This document shows positions 45,677 to 53,489 of a stretch of DNA of 64,000 nucleotides, in pieces. The stretch is from contig CADAJP010000001.1 of the NCBI GenBank assembly GCA_902788345.1, positions 153,795-217,794 of the forward strand. Reading direction: 5' to 3'. The DNA comes from an uncultured bacterium. Lineage in GTDB: Bacteria > Cyanobacteriota > Vampirovibrionia > Gastranaerophilales > Gastranaerophilaceae. The translations under genes were made by a program, and so were the position numbers. The notes under the pieces were generated by a model. The model saw only the letters and a list, made by a program, of their open reading frames with translations, made no database searches and had not been told where the DNA came from. Within the stretch, counting starts at the first letter, position 1. The number at the start of each line of letters is the position of its first letter.

Positions 45677-46513
45677 TTAATATTCAATATCTCTGAGAGC
45701 TTTAAAAATTCTGTCTGTTATATCCTGAATATATTTTTGACTGACCATACCATTTATTATTGCATCAGATATTTGGTAAGCAGGTCTTATATATTGCTGA
45801 GCCGTTTTATTTACATCTGCAAACTGTAAATCAGCAGCTTTACCTTCTTTTCCTCTTTCTTTTGCTCTTTTGTACCAGCGCTCTTTAATAACTTCTAATG
45901 GCGTATATACATAAACTTTGACATCCATAATATCTCTGATGCCTTCATTCAAAACATATAATCCTTCTGTTAAAATTACTTTTGCCGGTTTTTTCTCTTC
46001 CCCGTCAGGATTAGATTCACAAGTTACAAAATCATATCTTGGAGATTTTATTGTCATTCCTTCTTTTAGGGCTGCTAAATGATTTTTCATTAAATCTAAA
46101 TCAATTACATCAGGAGTGTCAAAGCTGAAACCTGTTTTAAAAAGTTCCTCATAGCTTCCTGCTTCCTGTAATTCTTTTGAAGTATCTTTATAATAATCAT
46201 CACATCTTATTACTGTGTAAATTCCGTCTTTTTTCTCTTTTACGCATGCTTTTATAGTATTATCGACAAAAACTGTTTTTCCTGATGCACTTTCGCCCGT
46301 AATACCGATTAAAAAGGTCTTTTTTCTGTCATGTACAACTTTTCTTGCAATGTTCATTATCAGTGTATCTGATATTTTTAAAAACAGGGGTTGTTCTTCC
46401 TTTTTGTCTTCTTCAAGTATTTTATTAAGTGCGTCAACAATTGAAGATATTATCTCCATATCGCGCCTGCTTGAATAAAAATCATATCCGGTTAATTCGA
46501 AATCCCTAATCAT
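45677..46513 (-). CDS. Uridine kinase/phosphoribulokinase-family P-loop kinase
   Basis: FLIGITGESASGKT is the Walker A motif, and the overall PRK/Udk layout is present. Confidence 0.65.
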   Translation of the reverse strand: MIRDFELTGYDFYSSRRDMEIISSIVDALNKILEEDKKEEQPLFLKISDTLIMNIARKVVHDRKKTFLIGITGESASGKTVFVDNTIKACVKEKKDGIYTVIRCDDYYKDTSKELQEAGSYEELFKTGFSFDTPDVIDLDLMKNHLAALKEGMTIKSPRYDFVTCESNPDGEEKKPAKVILTEGLYVLNEGIRDIMDVKVYVYTPLEVIKERWYKRAKERGKEGKAADLQFADVNKTAQQYIRPAYQISDAIINGMVSQKYIQDITDRIFKALRDIEY

Positions 46514-46670
46514 AATTATCCCCTATAAAAACTTATTATTATTGTACTTTAAAATATTTTAAACAGATACATATGATGAAATTTTGTAACAAAATTTTTA
46601 ATATTATTAAAGTTTTATTCAAAGCATGTCGATTAAAAAGTTGTTGAAAGTTTAAGAGGAGTTGTAATTT

Positions 46671-46841
46671 ATGCAGGACACATTATTTGATTCAGAGGTA
46701 GAAGAAGCAAGATTATCAGGATTAAAAAGTTTAAAATGTGAAATGAAATCCGTTGAAGCATTAATAGAAAGATTCTTAGCACAGCTTTTAGAATGTTCGA
46801 GTTCATTATCTGAACGCGATTTTAATGTATGCGGATTATAG
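46671..46841 (+). CDS. Small ORF (56 aa), hypothetical; too short for the ORF track
   Basis: AGAGGAG Shine-Dalgarno 8 nt upstream of the ATG. Sequence is MQDTLFDSEVEEARLSGLKSLKCEMKSVEALIERFLAQLLECSSSLSERDFNVCGL. Followed by a hairpin terminator. Confidence 0.4.
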   Translation: MQDTLFDSEVEEARLSGLKSLKCEMKSVEALIERFLAQLLECSSSLSERDFNVCGL

Positions 46842-46866
46842 ATAAAAGAAAATTATTGCATAAGAA

Positions 46867-46893
46867 AAGGAACCTTTAATTTAAAGGTTCCTT
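46867..46893. terminator. Bidirectional terminator
   Basis: AAGGAACCTTTAAtTTAAAGGTTCCTT is a perfect palindrome. Confidence 0.75.
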
Positions 46894-46920
46894 ATTATAT
46901 ATTGGGGGGGAATATTACCT

Positions 46921-48042
46921 TTATGCCATCATTCCGAATCCGTTACCTTGATATTGGAATTTGTATCCCATTGGGTATCTTTGGAAGATGTTTGAACCTG
47001 CATCAAGTCCGAATGGATTAGAGTATGTTGTGTATGCACTTTGTGCAACCGGATTTGATGTGAATGATTGAACTGATGTATCAGATGGTTCTAATTTTTC
47101 AGGAAGTCCTGAATTATTTTGTGCTTGCTGAACAGTTGTTTGATCTGTTGCTTGTGCTTCATCAGTACTTTCAGCTTGTTCAGAACCTTCTTGAGTTTGT
47201 TGTGCTGTTTCAGCTTCAGGAGCTAAACTTCTGATTCTGTCTCTTAAAGCTTGTGTGTTAGTTTCGTCTTGAGCAACTTCTGTCGGCTGTTCTTCAGGAT
47301 TTGCTTCTTCTGTTTCAGCTGCGTGAGTTTCTGCATATGAAGCTCCCATTATTTTGTTTGCAATCCATTCACCTGCAACATAACCTGCGATACCGCCAAT
47401 TGCTCCGCCACAAGCTGCACCAACTGCGCCAAGTGCTGCACCTGCTGCTATTTTAATGCAGGATTTACCGGTTTCTTTTAAACCTGCCCAGAATCCTTCA
47501 TTTTTGAATGCCGGATAGATATTTTCATATGTTTCATATCCTAAAGTTACGAGAGATGCTATTACAGGCATTTTGCAAAGTGGTTTTAAAACTGCTTTTG
47601 TTCCGCCTAATGCTTTGCCAAATTTACCGAGTTTACCTAAGTATTTACCTGTAGTTGCCGCAGCAGCACCTGCTTTAAAAGTTGAAGAAATTGATTTACC
47701 AACTGCACTTGCAATACCTTTAGAGCCTGCTGCAATTTTTTGCAATGATGATAATTTTTTAGCTGCACTTGCTGCATTTACAGCTGCTGAATATTGTGCT
47801 TTTGCTTTTGCATATAAGCCCGGTCTTGATGCAGTTGCAATAATATCAGATTTCAAAGTCTGAAAACCTATTTTTGCTTTTGGTACAAAGTTTTGGAATA
47901 TAGTACGTCCGCCAACTGATTTTCTTGCGTTTTGAATAACACTATATCCTTCGCCAAAAGCATATCTTGGTACAACAGATGCATATTTTAATCCTGTTTT
48001 ACCATATTGTAATCCCAGTTTTGCTAATGATGCGATACTCAT
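46921..48042 (-). CDS. Gly/Ala/Lys-rich protein with a glycine-zipper segment and an acidic/Q-rich tail (paralogue of 52356..53279)
   Basis: GAALGAVGAACGGAIGGIAGYVAGEWIANKIMGASYAE. No signal peptide. Promoter motif copy A lies upstream. Confidence 0.6.
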   Translation of the reverse strand: MSIASLAKLGLQYGKTGLKYASVVPRYAFGEGYSVIQNARKSVGGRTIFQNFVPKAKIGFQTLKSDIIATASRPGLYAKAKAQYSAAVNAASAAKKLSSLQKIAAGSKGIASAVGKSISSTFKAGAAAATTGKYLGKLGKFGKALGGTKAVLKPLCKMPVIASLVTLGYETYENIYPAFKNEGFWAGLKETGKSCIKIAAGAALGAVGAACGGAIGGIAGYVAGEWIANKIMGASYAETHAAETEEANPEEQPTEVAQDETNTQALRDRIRSLAPEAETAQQTQEGSEQAESTDEAQATDQTTVQQAQNNSGLPEKLEPSDTSVQSFTSNPVAQSAYTTYSNPFGLDAGSNIFQRYPMGYKFQYQGNGFGMMA

Positions 48043-48067
48043 TTTTAAATCCCCTTTATATATATCC

Positions 48068-48111
48068 CCTGTGTATATATAAAGTATTTAATTTATAGAG
48101 AATTGCTTTTT
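48068..48111 (-). promoter_or_regulatory. Copy A of the recurrent promoter-like motif
   Basis: Minus strand reads aaaaaGCAATT-ctctataaattaaat-ACTTTATATATACACAGG. Confidence 0.55.
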
Positions 48112-48146
48112 TGTTAATTTTATATTAAGTTTTGTAAAGTTATAAT

Positions 48147-49088
48147 TTATTCGTTGAAGTCTGCATCATTGATATATTCATACTTTTGGTCGTTATTGTT
48201 TTGATTTCCAGCACCGCTATTAATTGTTGAACCGGATGGTTTTGATTGAACGGAACGATTAATTACTGTAGTAAAATCAGATAAGTTGTTTATATTATAA
48301 AAATGACCGCCTGTTGTGTTTGAAAGACAGGTTAAATTTCTTGAATAAGACGAAACTAAAACTACATCAATATGCACATCTGAACGCTTTGTCATAAGGC
48401 GTCTTGCAAATTCACACGGATCACCTCCGCAATTTTCACCGCCATCAGTAATAAGAACAATTTTTTTAGGGGTTGTCATATCAAGGTTTGCAAAATCTTG
48501 TGCGACTGTTCTGTCAAGAGCATACACTAGCGGTGTTGCTCCTCCTATATCAACAGAATTCATACCGTTTAACAAGGATGATGCGTTAGCACTTACTATT
48601 GGAGCAACTTGTGTTGTAGCCGTACATACTCCTGATGTGTTTCCAAGATAGCTTTTAACTGTTACAACTGACATCTTGTTCCCTTTTTTAACTATTTTTT
48701 TAATATCCTGAACAGTTGAGGAACGCGGATTATTTCCATAATTATCATGACCAAAAACTCTGAAGCCAACCTTTACTGATGACGGAATTTGTGAAACAAT
48801 TGATGCCATGCTTCTTTTTGCAACAGTAATCCAGTTTGCCATACTGCCGGAATAATCCATTACAAATTCAATAATCTCTGTTTCATCACGATTAACGGCA
48901 TTTGAGTCAATATAAGTTTGGGTTGTATATGTATTATAAAAATTCTGGTTAACAACATTTCCCGGTGAATTTAAAACTTTTCCCTGTTCAGATTTAACAA
49001 CACCGGAAGAATTTACGCTGTATTTAGCCGCAAAACATCCGCAGCAAGTGAATACTGACAACATTAATATTAACAAAAGTTTTTTCAT
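48147..49088 (-). CDS. Secreted or lipoprotein von Willebrand factor A (vWA) domain protein
   Basis: Signal peptide MKKLLLILMLSVFTCCGC. The MIDAS motif is VMDYSGSM (DxSxS). Also LITDGGENCGGDPC. Confidence 0.8.
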   Translation of the reverse strand: MKKLLLILMLSVFTCCGCFAAKYSVNSSGVVKSEQGKVLNSPGNVVNQNFYNTYTTQTYIDSNAVNRDETEIIEFVMDYSGSMANWITVAKRSMASIVSQIPSSVKVGFRVFGHDNYGNNPRSSTVQDIKKIVKKGNKMSVVTVKSYLGNTSGVCTATTQVAPIVSANASSLLNGMNSVDIGGATPLVYALDRTVAQDFANLDMTTPKKIVLITDGGENCGGDPCEFARRLMTKRSDVHIDVVLVSSYSRNLTCLSNTTGGHFYNINNLSDFTTVINRSVQSKPSGSTINSGAGNQNNNDQKYEYINDADFNE

Positions 49089-49149
49089 AATAAACCTTTC
49101 ACAATAATATACTCATATAATATATTAACGATAAATAATTCAAAAAGTT

Positions 49150-51033
49150 CTAAATTTTTTCAAATTCTGATATTGACGGGTCCAGCAACCTGCGTCCTAC
49201 ATTGTCAAATGTAATTGAACAGAGAGTTTTATTGCCGTATTTGATAATTTTTTCAATTACACCCTCGCCGTATCTTGGGTGACTGACTTTTTCTCCCTTA
49301 CTGTAGCCTATCTCATCACCGGAAACTTCTTCTCCTTCATCTTCTTCCGGAGTGTAAACAGGAACAACAGGCACGCTTTCATCATCATATCCGTCTATAT
49401 CAGACAGATCAATGTCATCAAGATTATCAGCGGCATCATCTTCCTGTGTATTCTCAATAAAATCTAAATCGTCTTCTGTAAGCTCGTCCTGATCAAGATC
49501 ATTATCACTTTCTTCAGAAGTACTTATATCGTCTTCAGAGGCATAATCATCAGACAATACATTCTCTACAGGTTCTATAACCGAAACATTAGCATCAATT
49601 TTTTCTTCAGGAGCTTTTTCAGCTGCTTCAACTTTTTCAGGTTGAGGCGGCATAGTAACATCTGCCTTGTTGATTGTTTCAACCGGTTCTTGAACATTTT
49701 TAGCTGTATCTTTATTTACTTTGGCGTCCAATGTTGGTATAGGTGTCTTTTTACTTTCCGGAACATTCGTTTTCTTCTCAATTGCAGGGAAAAACATCTG
49801 CACATCACCAAAAACATCTTCTTTGGTCAAGTCTAAATCAAGATTTTCAACAGATATTATTAAAGGTACTCCTTGTGTTAACCCGCCGCAAATTACAGCT
49901 TCCTGCGGATTTAACTTATTGAGGAATGTATTATATGCCGCAAAATCATGTTGTATATCCTGCGGAGCAAAGAACATTATATCCTGCGCATGATCTTTTA
50001 GCTCAGATGCATATTTATAATTATGTGGAGCTATAAATGTTGTAAATACGTGATTATTATTAATCATCTTTTTAATCAATTTTTTATCAGAATTTTCATT
50101 ATTTACAGGTACAAAGAAATAGATATACTTATCTATTGCTTCAAGTTTTGAATGAATATGGGTAATAATTTCTTTTTGCAATTCACCGTTTATATTTTTC
50201 AAATCAATTACAGTGCAATTTCCTTCGTTAAGTTTTTCATTTATAATACTAAATTCATCACTTGAATTTGCAAAGATTCCTGCTTCCTGATATTTTAACA
50301 GTTTGTTTTTAAGCAAAGCAAGTTCAGGCATTTGTGTCTCTTTATATTGGGCGGTAACGACTTCTATAAAGCTGTCAATCGGCAGAAACTGATCTTTGAG
50401 CGTTTTTATATACTGGCAAACAGCACTAAATATATCCTGAATAATTGCTTTTGTAGTTTTATCAACTTCTTTTAAGTCATATTCAAAAATGTAATCAATC
50501 ATATCAACTGTTAAAGGAAGTTTAAAATCTTTTGCCAGTTTCAGACTTTTATACTCTGAATAAATGCCGTCAATATCAATGATTACGCTTTTTTCTTTTA
50601 GTCTGAAAAGTTGTCGTACCAGGTTTGATATAACCATATTTTTCTCATTATCATAATGTGAAAAGATTGTAAAATTATGCTCAAACACTGATATATCAAT
50701 ATTTAGCATTGTATTTTGACCGGCTATTTTACCCATTTTAATAGGGGTTTCTATAGGGAGTAAATCAAGCAGTTCTTCCGGAGCAAGATTAACAAGCGAA
50801 CAAGCAGCACTTGGAATAGAACCGTCATACTCGCTTACAACACCGTCCTTTGTAAATGTAAACATCAATCTTGCAACTGCAAAATTATTCAAAGAATCAG
50901 CCTTTAAATTTACATACTGCGCGACATAAGATTTGTTGTTTGTTGTAAGAGCAATAAACTGTCCGAGCTGTGGACTTTCTTCTTCTCCATACGAAAACTT
51001 TACCAGATTATTCCTTATTTCAATAATATCCAT
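49150..51033 (-). CDS. HerA-like protein (HAS-barrel plus degenerate P-loop domain), acidic linker, C-terminal PcrA/UvrD-type Tudor domain
   Basis: The N-terminal barrel-like region is followed by MGKIAGQNTMLNIDISVFEHNFTIFSHYDNEKNMVISNL, where HerA has ...RH.AI.G.TGSGKS. The C-terminus is GEKVSHPRYGEGVIEKII...ITFDNVGRRLL. Confidence 0.5.
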   Translation of the reverse strand: MDIIEIRNNLVKFSYGEEESPQLGQFIALTTNNKSYVAQYVNLKADSLNNFAVARLMFTFTKDGVVSEYDGSIPSAACSLVNLAPEELLDLLPIETPIKMGKIAGQNTMLNIDISVFEHNFTIFSHYDNEKNMVISNLVRQLFRLKEKSVIIDIDGIYSEYKSLKLAKDFKLPLTVDMIDYIFEYDLKEVDKTTKAIIQDIFSAVCQYIKTLKDQFLPIDSFIEVVTAQYKETQMPELALLKNKLLKYQEAGIFANSSDEFSIINEKLNEGNCTVIDLKNINGELQKEIITHIHSKLEAIDKYIYFFVPVNNENSDKKLIKKMINNNHVFTTFIAPHNYKYASELKDHAQDIMFFAPQDIQHDFAAYNTFLNKLNPQEAVICGGLTQGVPLIISVENLDLDLTKEDVFGDVQMFFPAIEKKTNVPESKKTPIPTLDAKVNKDTAKNVQEPVETINKADVTMPPQPEKVEAAEKAPEEKIDANVSVIEPVENVLSDDYASEDDISTSEESDNDLDQDELTEDDLDFIENTQEDDAADNLDDIDLSDIDGYDDESVPVVPVYTPEEDEGEEVSGDEIGYSKGEKVSHPRYGEGVIEKIIKYGNKTLCSITFDNVGRRLLDPSISEFEKI

Positions 51034-51096
51034 TTGAGCTCCCTATTTTTGAATAATTGTATCATGAATATTATTTAATCTTAAATAATTATTAAG

Positions 51097-51702
51097 TTAG
51101 TTAACATTTAGTTCTTTGAGTAATTCATTATAAATATCAATCGTTAACGGGCAAATTCTTAAATTTCTGTCGCATAAACTTTTTATAGTTTCCTTATAAC
51201 TGGCTAAAAGTCCTTTGTCTAAATTATTTTCTTCTTCTATGAATGGGGCAATTTTATTTCTGAACTCGGGCTTTCTCGTTTTTTCTTCAATTTTATCCGC
51301 AAGAAAAATGATTTTTTCAAATGTTGTCATTGATAATTTCCCAATTGTATGAAAACGAATTGAGGATAAAATTTCAGAATCATTTACACCAAAGACTGTT
51401 TTTGAAATATATGAACTCACAGGAGCATGGAGAGTTTTATAACTGGCCTGCTCATCTTCTGATACTTCAGGTAAATTTTTCCTGATTATATCAAGCAATT
51501 TTTCTGTTGAAAAGCACTTTGCACAGTCATGCAGAAGTCCTGCAAGATATGCTTTGTCGGTATTTACATTAAATTTTTCCGCTAATTTCTTCGCACATAA
51601 TGCTGTGCCGATAGAGTGGTTATATCTTTTTTCATCCAAATTTTCTTTTAACCACTTTAATATTTCTTCTTCGCTATATTTTGTATAATCCATAGTTTTC
51701 AA
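51097..51702 (-). CDS. yqeK: HD-domain protein YqeK (bis(5'-nucleosyl)-tetraphosphatase family)
   Basis: RYNHSIGT...GLLHDCAK. Overlaps nadD, keeping the conserved nadD-yqeK pairing. Confidence 0.85.
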   Translation of the reverse strand: MKTMDYTKYSEEEILKWLKENLDEKRYNHSIGTALCAKKLAEKFNVNTDKAYLAGLLHDCAKCFSTEKLLDIIRKNLPEVSEDEQASYKTLHAPVSSYISKTVFGVNDSEILSSIRFHTIGKLSMTTFEKIIFLADKIEEKTRKPEFRNKIAPFIEEENNLDKGLLASYKETIKSLCDRNLRICPLTIDIYNELLKELNVN

Positions 51703-52270
51703 TATATTCCTTTACTCTAATATTTACATAATTGGTATAATCTTTACCGTTTTTGATTAGTTCTCTTAATTCTGTTGAAGATATGTCATTAAATTCAAGT
51801 GTCTCCGTAATAAAATCGTACCCTTTTTGCTTTAAGTACTCATATTTGTCAAAATCAAAATTATTTTCCCGTTCAAAAACAATAAATTTTAATATATCCT
51901 TTAGTTTATCAGATTCATACCATGATTCAATTTTGTTAAATGCATCCGTACCAATTATAAAGTGAATTTTCCCTTCAGGTTTATAAATTTTATATAATTC
52001 ACAAATTGTTATATATGTGTATGATTTTTCATTTCTCTGATATTCAATGTCACTTACATCAAATTTAGGGTTATTAACATCATTAACAGCAAGTTTTGTC
52101 ATATTTAGGCGATGCATTGCTATACTTTCATCACACTTTTTATGAGGAGGCTTGTATGCAGGTATGAAAAGAAGACTGTCAAAATTATACTTGTTAATTG
52201 TATATTCCGCCAATCTGATGTGTGCATTGTGAAACGGATTAAATGTTCCCTGAAAGACGCATAATTTCAT
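51674..52270 (-). CDS. nadD: Nicotinate-nucleotide adenylyltransferase
   Basis: VFQGTFNPFHNAHI (GxFxPxHxxH) and ISSTELR. Confidence 0.9.
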   Translation of the reverse strand: MKLCVFQGTFNPFHNAHIRLAEYTINKYNFDSLLFIPAYKPPHKKCDESIAMHRLNMTKLAVNDVNNPKFDVSDIEYQRNEKSYTYITICELYKIYKPEGKIHFIIGTDAFNKIESWYESDKLKDILKFIVFERENNFDFDKYEYLKQKGYDFITETLEFNDISSTELRELIKNGKDYTNYVNIRVKEYIENYGLYKI

Positions 52271-52290
52271 AAGATTATCATATCATTAAA

Positions 52291-52330
52291 ACGGCAAAAT
52301 GACTATAATTATCATTTTACCGTTTTTTTT
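52291..52330 (-). terminator. Terminator downstream of 52356..53279
   Basis: ACGGCAAAATGActataattaTCATTTTACCGT, with A/T runs on both sides. Confidence 0.65.
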
Positions 52331-52355
52331 AGATTAATTTATGGCTTTTGTTTTG

Positions 52356-53279
52356 TTATGCGGTCATATTATACTGAAAATTCGGTTTCATAATATCATC
52401 TGAATAAGGTTGGTTTTGAACTGCGAACGGATTATACGCACCCGGTGTATTTACTGCCGGCATTGCAGGGGTTTGAGGTGTTGGAACATTTCCTTGCATT
52501 GTCGGACTGTTTGTCATTTGCATTTGTGGGTTAGCAGCAGGAGTCTGTGCTATTTGTTCTGCTTGCGGATTTTGCATCCAGAACGGATTACCGTTTGGTT
52601 GATGTTCTTGTGCTTGTTCCGGAGTTTGCATTTGCTGTTGTTGTTCAATAAATGTTCTTAATTGTTCTTCTTTTTCAGCTTTTTCTTCCGAATAAGATTT
52701 ACCTACAATTTTACTTGCAAACCATTCACCTGCAATCCACCCTGCCATTGTACCGACAAAAGGAATTGGTATTACGGCTGAACCTATTGCGGCTCCTAAA
52801 CCGCCGCCTGTAAGTTTAGCAGTTGATTTAATTACTTCTGCTCCGCCCTGGAAGATGCCTTTTTCTTTTGTTGCTGTAAATATATTTGGAAGTTCAAACA
52901 ACATCATTGACAATGCACCAATAAACGGCATCTTTTTGCCAACGCCTTTGAAAAATCCTTTTGTGCCTTCTAAAAACACATTCCTACCGGTTAATCTTGC
53001 CGCTGATGTTTTTGTTAAAATATTTGATTTTATGCAAGGTATGAAATTTTTGAAGTTCTTTATAAAATTTTCGAAAAAATTTCCGGCACCGGCTTTTTCT
53101 AATGCGTGCCAGCCGGCCTGTGCTTTTGTAAATAATGAGCCGTTTGTTTTTCTTAAAGTTTCACCAATCGATTCACTAGCACTTCCAAAAATCAGTTCCG
53201 GAACTACCTCTCCTACACGTTTTGTGTAGCCCCAGGCTTTACCTAAATTGCTCATTGCCATTGATACGCCGCTAACCAT
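52356..53279 (-). CDS. Gly-zipper/Q-rich protein (paralogue of 46921..48042)
   Basis: GGGLGAAIGSAVIPIPFVGTMAGWIAGEWFASKIVGKSYSEE aligns with the paralogue. The Q/P-rich tail carries NPFWMQN and NPFAVQNQ. Confidence 0.6.
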   Translation of the reverse strand: MVSGVSMAMSNLGKAWGYTKRVGEVVPELIFGSASESIGETLRKTNGSLFTKAQAGWHALEKAGAGNFFENFIKNFKNFIPCIKSNILTKTSAARLTGRNVFLEGTKGFFKGVGKKMPFIGALSMMLFELPNIFTATKEKGIFQGGAEVIKSTAKLTGGGLGAAIGSAVIPIPFVGTMAGWIAGEWFASKIVGKSYSEEKAEKEEQLRTFIEQQQQMQTPEQAQEHQPNGNPFWMQNPQAEQIAQTPAANPQMQMTNSPTMQGNVPTPQTPAMPAVNTPGAYNPFAVQNQPYSDDIMKPNFQYNMTA

Positions 53280-53338
53280 AATAACCTTTTCCTTTTATTG
53301 TTTGCATTTTGATATTACACACAAATGCATAAACCTAA

Positions 53339-53383
53339 CCTACATATATATAAAGTTTTTCTTTTTTGAATAATTGCTTTTTT
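53339..53383 (-). promoter_or_regulatory. Copy C of the recurrent promoter-like motif
   Basis: Minus strand reads aaaaaaGCAATT-attcaaaaaagaaaa-ACTTTATATATATGTAGG. Confidence 0.55.
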
Positions 53384-53415
53384 GTAACAAAAAGTTAATA
53401 TTTCTCTAAAAAAAC

Positions 53416-53443
53416 TAAAGATATAAGAAAAAATGCCGACATA
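53416..53443 (+). promoter_or_regulatory. Sigma-28 (FliA/SigD)-like promoter
   Basis: TAAA (53416-19), 15 nt, then GCCGACAT(A) (53435-43). Compared with the consensus TAAA-N15-GCCGATAA/T. Lies 46 nt upstream of ATG 53490. Confidence 0.6.
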
Positions 53444-53489
53444 GTAATTGCAGATATAAAAATGTCAAGAAAGGATAAAGCGTTCTACT

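Noticed and set aside
46904-46910. G7 homopolymer, unusual in AT-rich DNA, as a phase-variation tract
   Set aside because: It lies in the 3' untranslated region between the stop codon of 46921..48042 and the terminator hairpin. Length changes would not alter any reading frame or promoter spacing.
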